From Rhina ancylostomus (Eukaryota), in assembly GCA_030265395.1 (NCBI GenBank), contig JARFYF010000012.1, forward strand, positions 4,063,339 to 4,127,338: a DNA stretch of 64,000 nucleotides. The letters are read 5' to 3'. A model generated the notes under the pieces. That model had not been told where the DNA came from, searched no databases, and worked only from the letters and a program-made list of their open reading frames with translations. The stretch's first letter is position 1. The number at the start of each line of letters is the position of its first letter. Of this stretch, positions 52,071 to 64,000 are shown in pieces. The translations under genes were made by a program, and so were the position numbers.

Positions 52071-55000
52071 TATGACCAAGACATTAAAGGGATGTCGGGT
52101 CAGGGGCAACATACCTCATTTGTGAAACAAATTAGATGTGTGACAGCACAACACAAGTGTAAAAATCAGGGCAGTTTTGGTCACAGCAACTGCATTTAAA
52201 ATATAATTTGGCAAACCATAGCACCCTCTTAAATATTGTGGATTTGTTTTTATTATGTATAGATTACAGCACCTGTTTCTGTTGGAATGCTATTTTTATC
52301 ATCACATAGAAAAAATAAATATTCTTTAATATATTAGAGAAAAGATTGAAGTAGACAAAATTGTCTGCAGCAGACGTCTAGTTGCATCACCATCATTATT
52401 TTTGCTCATCACACAGTTCTTGAGGTTAATTTGAAGTGACGTTGATTCACCATTTTTATCCAGAATGGTGTGCCTAGCCTTTCAATATACTGTTACTGTG
52501 TAAACATTCTTACCTTTTATTAAAAAAAAGTGATACCATTTTAAAATCTAAATCTTATTTCAAAATATTTATGGTAGGTTGAAGTTTATAATATGTTTCC
52601 ATATGTGTATATATAGAGCAGTGACTTGTAACAGTGCGGTATTTTTAAAATATTTATGAGCACGTATCTCTGTTTCATTAACCATCTACTATATTTCTCT
52701 GCTCTATTCCCTACAATAAGTAACACATTAACTCATTACTTTCTAATTTATTCATCTTTTGCTGTCATACAGGTGTTTTTTTTAATTGTTAAAAAAAAGT
52801 CTTTCCCACTTCAGGTAAATTTCTAACACACAAAGATCTTTTAATATCGTAATTTACATTCCATTTGTGTCTGTGTTGTCCTAGGTTTATTTATTGTGCT
52901 GGTACCAACGAGCTTGGGAACTTTGGTATTTAATGTATTGTCCTGCTGTGCCAGTGCACACAAGATAATTCTTCATCTCTATCACCAGTGATGGCACAGC
53001 AGCCATTAGAATATAGTATTCTATAATTCTGAAGGCTCTTTAAAAACGCAGCTCAATTTTGAGAACACTGAATTTCTTGTTGCGTTCAGAATATTTGTCA
53101 TGTTAGTGGACGTAATACAGTTGTTTCTTGCTGCCACCTCCTTTTATTGTGACCCTAGCGGCGGTGCTGCCTCTGAGTCATCTTGTGCGTAATTGTATTT
53201 GATCTTTTAATGTAAGCCTGAAATTGTTCATAAATTGATATTGGAGCCAGTTTATCATTGCTCTGCATTTCAGTTAAAGTACCAAAGTTAGAACGACACT
53301 TTTTTTGTACTATTTTGTTTTTTGGTTAGATCAGAGGGTAGGAACTTTGAGCAGTCAAACCATTTAGCACTCCATCACAGAGTATAGTAAACATTACTGC
53401 AAATTGCTTACCTTTTTGTGATGCACAAAATCTGTTGGAAAATAGTATTTGTGTAAAATTATTTCTATAATACTAACATTCAGTGGGCAGTGACTGATTT
53501 CCCACTATTAATTTGATCAAGGCCAATAGGAAAAATTGAGTTATGCAAGTAATTAGCAGTTAACTTGCAGCTAAACCAGAAAATGATAACAGTGTGTGTT
53601 GAGGCAGAGGGCACAGGGACGGCATAGAAGTTGAACTCCAGATTTGGTACAGCTTTAGCTAGTGATAGCAAGTGTTGAGTTGAGGATATTTTGAACTAAA
53701 AACTATTGTTTTTAATTTGATTATGGTGGTTATAATGAGCATTTTGGACCCAGTTTATAGTTTAGCATAATTGAATCTGCAATGATAATAACAGCTGCTT
53801 CAGAGATTTTAAGAAAATCTGGCTTCAGTATTGACTGTGAACATGTCAGGTTGGTCAGAATAATTTGTCAGTTTATTAGAGCTGTACATGCTTCTGGTTT
53901 CAAAGCAGAAAATCTATTGAAGCATTTCAATTGTATTTTATCCAAGTTTATAACTGCCACTACTTTCCAGTTCTATGGTGTGTGCAATATATTAATGATG
54001 TAACATTTCTCAGTAATACATTTTAAAATGCATCCACTAATTCAGATATTCTCCATACAGTGGCAAACAGTAAAAAGGTGTGCTATTCTCAAGGTAGGGG
54101 GAAAATATTGACAGAATGGTAGGTTTTGTTTCTTTTTGATGTGTATATCATGTATGCATTGATTGGTTTCATAAGCAGCTTGAAACTCAGGTATTTTTCT
54201 CACCATTTTCTCCATCAGTTTCTGTCTACCCTGTAGCTTTCCCAGAAGAATCTTTATTCATGAAAAAGCCTTGACCATGAACTTTGACAAGCAGCTAGCA
54301 GCGTCTGTCAACTCAGCAGAGCCTGATACTTCCTTTACTGAAATGAAGCCCAAAAATCAATTTTAGCAACCTTAACTGAGAAGTTTTAATTTGAGCTTGG
54401 TTTTCTACAACTTTTTTTTAAGTTGTTTAAGGTTGTTGGTTCTTATTGTAGTAAGAAATGAATGGAGCCATGTGTGAAAAGACTAAGCTTAAAAATATAG
54501 AATTTTTAAATTCCCCCCGTTGCTTTCTACAATCCTGCTGCATTTGTGTAGCTTCCTTCATTCTGCTGCTTTGTTCAATACTTGTTGAGGTTTCTTCTTC
54601 AGCCACTAATGCCTATTTCATTTTAAGACATGAAAATTTTGTTACATGGCCAATCTTTTTATATAAAATGACATTTTATGACAACATGTTAGGGAAAGAT
54701 AGAAGATAATAAACACTGCTATCTGCAATTAAATACCAATATCTGCAACTTGTACCTTGTTATTATTCCTAACAACAGATGAGATGAGATTGTGTCAGTA
54801 CCAGAAGTCAAGATGCAAGTTGTATCGTGTGACTCCTCATTATACGTTCTAATGATGCCACTTGTTAGCTAAGTAGTTAATCCAAACAAATGGAAATATG
54901 TCCCATTGTAAAGGCAGGCTCTGTTGATTGCAGTTTCCAATGATGTCACTAACTTGTCACAATTACAATATCCCTACAAAATACAAAAGATATTTCACAA

Positions 55001-58000
55001 AAATTACATTGGTTTGTGTGGGACTACGATCAACACACACAGAACATGTAAAGTAACTGTTTTAAAATGATGGAGTGAGATGGAAGAGCTGCATGAACTA
55101 CCACCACCTGCATGGACATCAAAGAAACAAACCCTATTTGATTTGGTAACTGTTATTTCAGTTGTGGTAGCATGTATACTGTTTTCATGTTAACTGCAAG
55201 AAGAATAAGTGACTTTTTAAAAAAAACCCAGTACAGTTTTTGGAAAAAAACCCTCAGGGACATTTGACACACTACTTCAACCATTTACTTAGTGCAGGTA
55301 CTTTAAACTAGATGATTAAATGTTGCCACATATTTGTTGGTGAATGTTGATTTTTACTCAGTTTAACAAAACTTTATCTGCCGAGCTGAAGCTGCATTTT
55401 TTCTACATTTGTGCCTCTGACATTTTATAGTGGCATTCTGTCTCCACAATTGTATATATCTGTACAGACTTCTTGGGCTCTGTTTTCTGAACAAACCATA
55501 TTTCAAAAGTGCTGTTTACAATTTTAAAATGTTTGTATAAATTCTACTCTTTTTACAGTTGCCAATTTTTGTAGTTGGGGCTTAAGGGATAAACAATGTC
55601 AAAGGAGATAACTTGTCTCATCAAGTGTGCTGGTTCAGGGCTCCTCTGCGATAATCCACTGTGATCCAATTCCCCTGCCCTTTAATATTTTGCTGCTTCA
55701 AGTATCTTTCAAATTCCTGTTAATAACTGATTTTTGCTTTAATTAGTAAGAGCAAATCATTTATTAACTTCTTGAATGATGACCTTCCTTCACACATTTT
55801 TGTTGCTTTTAGAACTCTCTAAATTTGTGCACCATGTACTACATTATTGGCCAATACAAATAGTAGTTTAAATTTTAAATCTATTATTTTGCTTGTAATT
55901 TGTACTAGTTCCTCCCCCTTTCAATTCAGTTTGAGTGAATTTGGTCCTGGTGTTCTTTGTACATGGTATTATTTTAGAAAATCTGTTGTTAAACACACCA
56001 CCAAGTAGTACCAAGCAATATAAAGCTGTGTTGCAATGAACAAGTGACCTGAGATTTGCAAGCAGTCTTTGGGGGAACAGTTCTGTAGGTAGAATCAATG
56101 ATCCTTGTATTGCAAATCTTAACCCCCCCCCACCAACCCGCAATCCCTCCTCCACGGTCACTGCAGGTGCACCTTTTAACAGTTTTTAAATCCGCCTTAT
56201 AAAATAGGCAAGGATTTGATGCAGTAGTAGCACATGTTATCTGGCTTGTATCTCTTCAAAAAGGTCTTGTATCAATTTTGTCAATCCCAAAAAGAAATGA
56301 ACTGTTAGGGTTGCTTACTGATTTTTAAATTGTATTTCTTGAGGTTAGTGACCCTGAAATTGGTCATTCCTGCCTTGCCCAGCATAATGCTGTAAGTATA
56401 ATGACTTGTGTTTGCTAATTAGTTTAATACTTGAATTGGTCCAGTAGTTTTGAAGCTTGAGTCTAGTACAGTGACTTTATTTATTTGCCCTTCATTTTTC
56501 AGATAGCAGTGGTCAGGAGATGTGTTGATTGGATTGGATTTCCATGTTGCACATTAATTTTTGTGAATCACATATCAAAATATTGAGCAAGTCATGTTGC
56601 TATTTTAGAAATCAGAGCATTATCCTGCCCATTATATCATATGTAAATTATCTTGTGTCCCCCTCCTCTGTTCCAATACAAAGTAACTTAAAGTTTCTGA
56701 AAGATTATCACTCCATTAGCATAAAGATATGTTTTACTCTGTCTTGCAGACTTGGTGTCTGCAGGCAATGGTAATTACTTGCAAGAAATTCACTGTCAGT
56801 TTTAGTTGTAAAGTAAATATTTTAAAAATGTTGGGAATCTGATGTAAAAGCTACATGAGCTTGGTAATTATCTGGAAGAACCAAAACAGCGGTTAATTCA
56901 GATGGTGCTCTACTCCCAGACTCGTGGCCCCATCAAAAATGGCAACAAAGCTCTCACACTCGTGTTGATCAATATCAAATATGCTGTTAATGTCTTAAAT
57001 AAACTACTTTTATTATCAAAAAGCAGATTACCTCAATCCCACATTTCAGGAATTTTTACTAGTTTTGGCTGCAATTCAGTGCAAATTTAAGCTGCTAATA
57101 AGTTGAGTTGGGAATGTGTGTGTATGTGATGTTAAGCCCTCCCTTAGTAACCTGGATATTGATTTACTGCAAGGGTTTCCTTTAACATTTTACTAAGGAT
57201 CATAATCTTGGGCAGTGACTTTCTTGAGGATTGTTAGTCTCTCCCTCTTTTGTATCCTGGGTTGGCCATGAGACAGAGGTAGGCTTACGATTTAAAGTGC
57301 AGTGGCATGGAGCCACAATTCTGCTGAGGTGCACACCTGACCACAAATGGCTCCAGCTGGGGTCTGAGCAGTACTATCTTGAAAGTTCCCATGCTGCCTC
57401 ACTCTCAAACTAGCTCAACTTCTCCAATTCAGGTAATGTTCAAAAGAACGGGTGCCCATTTGGTCTCTTTGACCTCATACAGTTTACAGCCTGAAATAGG
57501 TGTATAATTTTGAAAGCTTATTTTGCAGTTGTTTATAAATGTATTTCTTAAATCTTTGTCCATTTATTATCAATGTCTTGTACAGCTGTTGTGGCACGTT
57601 TTTTTGCACTATTAATTGATTTATTAAAAATGCAAATTAATTTCAACCGGAATATAAAATACCCCGTGTCTTACTATAAGTGACCAGTAATTTTAGATCT
57701 TTTTGTAATTTGTCATTGTTTGCCTTGTAACGTATGTTGGAAAACAAATTCTGTCTCTGTGCATGTGGAAATTTTTGATTGTTATTACGAGAATTTTAAC
57801 AAGTAACAAAAAAGTTCTAACTGTATTGTGTTTGCAGTATTCACTGGTTGCTAGGCTCAGTTTCAGTACGAAAACACTATTCTTCTAATAAATTTTGTTT
57901 GTTTAAATTTTATGCTGTCTGTTAAATTTTTTTTGATCCTCAAAACTGAATTTGTATATCCTCTTGAACATTTTGTTCTCACTCTCACCATAGCACAATG

Positions 58001-60494
58001 TTTTGGCGCTCTTCCNNNNNNNNNNNNNNNNNNNNNNNNNNNNNNNNNNNNNNNNNNNNNNNNNNNNNNNNNNNNNNNNNNNNNNNNNNNNNNNNNNNNN
58101 NNNNNNNNNNNNNNNTCCCACTGAAGTTGAACTTTGAAGCAGTTCATTTGCATGTGAAACCCTCATCCCTGAATTTGACTTTCAATGACGTTTATTTTGG
58201 AGATATATAACATAGCACCAGGAGAAGCAGAAAATGTATGCGTATGCAAATTATAAAGCTGTGTTGTTCAGGCTCTGGAAACCATTAATGTTAAAGGAAA
58301 TAACTATTAAAACTCAGGATAGTTTGTATTCTTAATGCCGGCTTCAAAATTCAACAATATTAAAATACAGTGGTGGTTCAGTTCTCCTGCCTTTGGCTTT
58401 CCATGGCTTAATGTTAGTATAAAGTTATCGTCTCTTGGGTATTGCAGAAAAGTTTTACTTGGATATGTTGCCAAAAATCTTGTGTGCTGTCAGTCAGAAG
58501 ACTTTATTAACTGAATGTTGATTAATTTTAACTTTATGAAGTTATTGTGTATGTTTTTCAGCATATATATGACAATCTTGAGAAATATTCTACGTTGCTG
58601 ATACTTCTTAACTTAAAAAGATNNNNNNNNNNNNNNNNNNNNNNNNNNNNNNCATGAATGACAGCTACCACTTAAATGCCCTAGTTCTACCCAGCTCCAT
58701 GCAGTACCAAGTTTGATAGGACATTTAATAATTTAACTGTTTTTCATCATTCAAATGTTTATGTATAGGTGCTGGAGTAACAAGCAATCTGCTGGAGAAA
58801 CCAGGTCAAGCGGAATCTGTGGGTGGGAAAGGAATTGTCCTGTGATGCAGGATTTTGACCTGTTCCTTTCCTTCCACAGATGCTACTCGACCTGCTGAAT
58901 TCCTCCAGCGAATTGTTGTTTTTTATATACGAACAAAATGTGTAGTTTTCATTTAAAGAAAATTATGGATGGGGAGAAAAACAAAGTACTATGGAATACA
59001 ATTTGTTTCCCCCCCCCCCACCCCACACCACCCCAATATTTACAAATTCATGATGTATTTTTTTACATTTTTTTTAAAAGCCATTGAGAGTGGAGTGATT
59101 AAGCATTTTCTGAAAGCATATTTCTTCCCATATACTTTGGGTAAAATATTTTCATTAAACTGATGCTTTTCTTTCTCATCTCTTTCCCTCTTATGAAGGT
59201 GTTGNNNNNNNNNNNNNNNNNNNNNNNNNNNNNNNNNNNNNNNNNNNNNNNNNNNNNNNNNNNNNNNNNNNNNNNNNNNNNNNNNNNNNNNNNNNNNNNN
59301 NNNNGTGTTGCTCATGGTGCATTATAGCATGGATAGCTAGTGACAACATTGTAAAGTAAGCAAAGTAATAGCAATGTAATTTAAGATGTGTTTACTCCTG
59401 TTGGGCGTCACATTTCCTGGTGGTAGCAAAAGAATAATGGCTGCCTTTAGTAGCAAGACAGCATCAATATACCTTGGTATTATTTTTTCCAGCATGTCCC
59501 TGTGGTACAAAGGTTTTGTTTCTGGCTGTGTGTATCTGTAAGGGGGGGGGGGGGGGCCGGCGGGGATGTTGGGGCAGCTACTCCTTTAATCTCAGAGAAT
59601 GGACACCAGAAAGACCCAGTTGAGAATAAAGTTTGGACTAACTGCATGTGTGCAGGATCTGTGCCCTCACAAATTTAGAGCAACCATATGTGTATGCATT
59701 TACCTGCTACTGAATCTACCTTGTATTAAGATGGGAGATTTCAGCCAGAAGGTTTAGAATATGCAGTTAAGTATGAAAAGATTGGCATTCAGAAATGAGC
59801 CTATTGGAATTGAATAAGTACTATTTCATCAAAGTAATCACAGGTAGCATTTTATAAGCAGTTTGTATAAACTATTTTATATTTGCAATGTCAATTCTTA
59901 ACAAGTGAGTAAATACCCATATCTTTGTCACACGCTAATCCAAGGCGAATCATCTTAAAACTTGAAAGCATAGTAACCTCTACAACACAGCACAGAGCAT
60001 TAGTGAAAAAAATAATTCAAGACCCAACAAATTGTATTATTATGTTTTCTAAAATAATTTTGTTCTTGGGAGCTGGTGGCACTGGTAAGGACATGTTTAT
60101 TGTTTATTCCCTTGTGGCCCGTAGAAGTTGCTATTCTATGTTGATGCTCCCACAGTGGTGCAGGGAATTCTAAGATGCCTAGATGATGAATGAACTGAAA
60201 TGTATGTACATTTATAGTGTGGCGTTACTTGATGGTTACTTTGAGGTGGTGCTGTCATATTAACCTTGAGTTGTAGTTTGTAGATAGTGGTAATGGAAAG
60301 ATAGATGCTGAATCCATCAGCAGGGGCACTGGTCAGACAAAGTGTTCTGTACCATATGGCATGTTGCTTTGTGTTGCTCAGCTCCATACTCCTGATTTTT
60401 GAACTTGTAAGTAGTGTAAGGCTTTTGTAAATAGTGCAGTGCTCCTACGTCTTATGGCTTGTAAGACAATTTTGAAACTTGGAANNNNNNNNNN

Positions 60495-60745
60495 AGAATT
60501 TTTTAGGAAAAAAGTCAAGGCTGACACTCCTGGTACAGTACCGAGAAGTTGGATTGTTAGAGGAGCCAGCCTTGAGACAAGATGGAATTGGGACAATATT
60601 TAGCTTTCAGTACTGGGATCTTGCCGTTTGCAGATTGGTTATACAATGCTTCCCCACATTACAATACCTCAGAAAGTACTTCATTGTCTTTGAAGCAGTT
60701 TGGAATATCTTGAGGCCATGAAAGGTGCAGCTATAAATGTAGATG
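60495..60745 (+). mobile_element. DeuSINE/SacSINE1-like ancient SINE
   Basis: aggctgacactcctggtacagtaccgag...ggatcttgccgtttgcagattgg...aagtacttcattg...tgaaaggtg..tataaatgta, a Deu-domain with an L2-type tail as recalled. Confidence 0.6.
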
Positions 60746-63700
60746 TTAATTAGGGGTGACATTCTTTTCTGAAATTGGGTAATCTGGTGCAAACTATCAT
60801 TTGAAACTTCTCTCCACCAACTGAATTGCTAAAGCAGTTTTAAGCACAGTTTGGTTTTCTGTGTACAAAATAGTGACAGCCCATCCAAAAATGGTTTGTT
60901 GTCTGTGAACTGCTTTTGGACGTGAAATATATAAAAGGTAACAAATAGCTTTTGGTAAATGCAAATATTGATTGGAATATTACGATTTCTGGATCCTTCA
61001 TCTATTTATTGCATATATTTAAGCTGTGTCAAATAATGCCCATGTTTGTTTTTGTTAGTAAATATATTTTCATATTCCATTATCTTGGCACTTGTCTATT
61101 TCTAATTGCAGACAAGATAATGTGTTGATTTGTGCTCAGCTCAATGAATGCTGCAGTCTGTGCTCTCAGACTTAAGTGAACAGCACTTACAACCAGGACC
61201 ATGAAAGAGTCTGTCATGTTTAATTCATTGTTTTGTTCCAAAACAAATTGCTTTATGTTGGACACTGGTGAAGGGGCCTTATTCTTCTCCCCATGTGTAA
61301 GCAAGCTTAAGCTTCTGGAGCCAGTGTCGCTCTGGACTGTGAGTTTAGTGTCTGCTGAATGTGTGTAGGATTAAGGGCACCAAGTTCCATGCCAGGAGCA
61401 TGCCAGTTTTATTTTTTTATCCTTAGCTAACCCACACTCTAACCCACACCATTGCATAGGACATTTCAACAGTGCTGCAGAACAACTTTCCCATGTGCAC
61501 TATAGAATGGATGAGTCATGCAGGTAAATGGAGTACAGTACAATGTCTAAGCATGCATAAGAGAATGTATATATTGTGGCTTTACATCCAATCAGTAAGC
61601 AAAATATACTCTTCCATGTTCTGATGTCTTAATCACAAAACCCAGCTTGATGCTTATTGATGTTTATGGTTCTTGCATAATGGCTTGGCATATTATATGT
61701 TACAGTCAGTTCAATTTTTAATCATACCTGTGAGGCTCCTCAGAGTCTGAAAACAAAAATGTGAATACCATAGAAGCCTTGTGCTGCAGTCACTGATCCT
61801 AACTGGATGGGTGTTTGATTGTACCACTTGAACCAGTACTGCTGGTTTGCAGCACTTCTTGCCATACTGCAACACGTATTGGAAAGTGATTGTGGTCTTT
61901 GAACAATGACCACAGCAGGGCAAGCTTGGGTTGATCTGGCTGACCTGGCATTCTAGTGCATGTGCTCACATATAAACAAGTGATGTAAGTAAATGTTCAA
62001 TGTATTCCAGTGAATTGTGTGTATTGGATACAGGATAAAGGTTTGATTTTTATTGTCCAAAAGTAAAAAAAAACATTTTTTCCAGAATTTATATTCTTTG
62101 TTTTTTTTGTGCAGACTGAGCTGGCACTTCTGGTACCTTGTGATTGGTTCCCGTCTGATGTCAAGGGAAACATTCCCCCAACACCCACTTTAAGGAAGGC
62201 TACCTAATCTTTATTTTTTGGAGTGTGAGGGATGCTGCAACGTCACACACACTCATTTTTACACTCAGCTGTGGTCCTTATAATTCCCATTTCCCTCTGT
62301 AGCTTTATTCCCTCCTTTAGAGCAATAATCTCCAGCCCTGCATCCCTCCAACTGCTGCACATTCTTTCAGTTCACATCCTCAATCTATATCACTCCTTCA
62401 CTGGTGGCTGTGCTTTCAGTCTGAGCTCTGGAATTGCCCCTCCCACCCTTTCAGAGGCAATTAAAAGCCTTTACAATTGGAAAAACACAAGGCACTTTGA
62501 AATGATTAAAAACTTGAAATTGAAATAAAATGATTAAAAAGATACTGCTTACCATCCTCTTTCTCTGTTGATCTCTAATCTTATTATTACCATTACAATT
62601 GATTTACTCTCCAGTCATGTGGCTGGCTGGTCTGCCTTGTAAGAACTGACAGGAGAGTTCCCCACAATAATGCTGAGATTTTCCAGCAAGACTTGGGTCT
62701 TCCGTTGTACTCAATATAAAGTCCATTGATGGAGCTTAATGACAAATGTGGTGTCGTCTTTACTCAGTACGTCTTGAACTTCCATGTTTATCAAAACGCA
62801 GACAGAAGCAGAGTCCTAAACAACAGCCTCACCAACCCCCTGCCATCAGTATTTGACCTGTTGTCTTTTTGTGGCTCACAAAATGGTGACATATGGTGAC
62901 AGTTGCATTAAAGCTGTACAGACCAAATGCAGGTAAATAGGACTAGTATAGATTAGTACCTTGGTTGGCATAGACATGATGATTGAAGGGCCTGTTTTTG
63001 TGCTGTACAACCCCCACTCTGTTTAATCAAGTTGTGTTATCTTGTAATGTAAATATGCTTTAGGTGCAGAGAATTCTCCTGATGCCCTGGCCAGGGAAAT
63101 GGCTATTGAGAAGTTTGCCCAAGTTTCCCCCTTCCATTGATGGTACTGTAGTGCCCCATGACTTCGACAGCTCAGTTTGCAGCATTTAAATTTTCTATAC
63201 ATGTCCAAGGCCATTGCAACCAATCACACATATTTAGGTGTTTGAATTTTGGAGAGGCTGTGGTTGGGAATTTTTCTGTTTGGAATTCTTCTATCTCCCA
63301 TGAAGGACGCGGGGCTCTCACTCCCAGTTTTTCACAGAAGTTGCTAGCTGGTTGTATATCCTTTCCTAAATGCATTCCTGAACAATTAAAGTGACTTGCT
63401 TTTGAAAACTATTTTAAAGTTTTAGAAGCTCTACCCTTCATAATTCCAAAGCTAAAAGGTCCCAAGCTCACACTAACATCTGATTTGCCTCTTTGTACAA
63501 TGTACTGTCATTTTCTTAATTTGCATGCAGTTAGTTTTGTATTTTTGTCTTCATACCACTATGAATATGTTCACTGTTTACTCCAGATAACAAATTTCAT
63601 CCAGGGAATTGAAAGGTACGGTACATTGCATTATTGTACTTTACTGAGATAAGGGCACAATTTTAATTGGATCAGAGATGATGGAAGCTCCTAGCTGTAA

Positions 63701-63874
63701 TGTTATGAATTTAGTAATTACTTTCTGCTTTTTTAATATAATCACATTTGCCCTTTTACTTAATTCCTCCCACTAATCATACCCTTTTTTCATGGAGTCC
63801 TGACTAACATTTTACCTTCATTTAACCTCTTCTAACCCACAACATCTCCTTCTCCTCCTCCTTTTAAGCTGACC

Positions 63875-64000
63875 TTTAAAATCGACCTCTGTGACCAGGC
63901 TTCTTGTCATCTGTCCTAATGTCCTTTTGTGGTAAGTATCACATTTTCAATAGTGCGCCAGTGAAGACCTTTTGAGATGTTTGCTGTGTCAAAGATGTTG
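63875..64000 (+). mobile_element. L2-type LINE 3' tail remnant; similar remnants at ~62330-62445 and 13560-13760
   Basis: ttaaaatcgacctctgtgaccaggctt...gtgaagaccttttgagatgttt. Confidence 0.4.

Noticed and set aside
53130-53170. Possible CTCF site (ccgctagggtcac on the minus strand)
   Set aside because: Spacing differs from the CCASYAGRKGGCR core; too weak to call.
59542-59574. Poly-G tracts as G-quadruplexes (also ~4997-5023, and C-runs at 36204-36226)
   Set aside because: Simple homopolymers, prone to sequencing error, with no supporting context.
1-64000. Prokaryotic or phage-type systems (CRISPR, operons, retrons), rRNA or tRNA genes
   Set aside because: The window is a spliced vertebrate locus. 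RT-like fragments belong to LINEs and PLEs, and tRNA-like boxes belong to SINE heads.

Overview
This is AT-rich, repeat-dense eukaryotic genomic DNA from a gapped draft assembly. The repeat content (HER1/CR1 LINEs, V-SINEs, DeuSINEs, Penelope-like elements) suggests a cartilaginous fish (shark or ray); that assignment is inference. The window holds most of one + strand gene, LCOR (ligand-dependent nuclear receptor corepressor). The main CDS joins 17056-17278, 29034-29133 and 40897-41857 and encodes 427 aa with an LxxLL box, two CtBP motifs, a pipsqueak-type HTH and an NLS. Three upstream exons (4525-4590, 6805-6882, 12513-12645) are homologous to the N-terminal region of LCOR/LCORL, but here they carry a frameshift and an in-frame TGA. 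The frameshift makes skipping of the stop-containing exon frame-restoring, and it also creates a new 45-codon uORF. This is the most notable observation. Other points of interest: a strong intronic hairpin, candidate poison exons, inverted RTE copies around the start exon, decayed Penelope hammerhead-ribozyme elements, and a CpG-enriched structured 3' region. No PALI1/C10orf12 exon is visible in the window. Most of the ORF track is spurious or transposon-derived. Homology calls come from recalled sequences, not database searches, and repeat boundaries are approximate.
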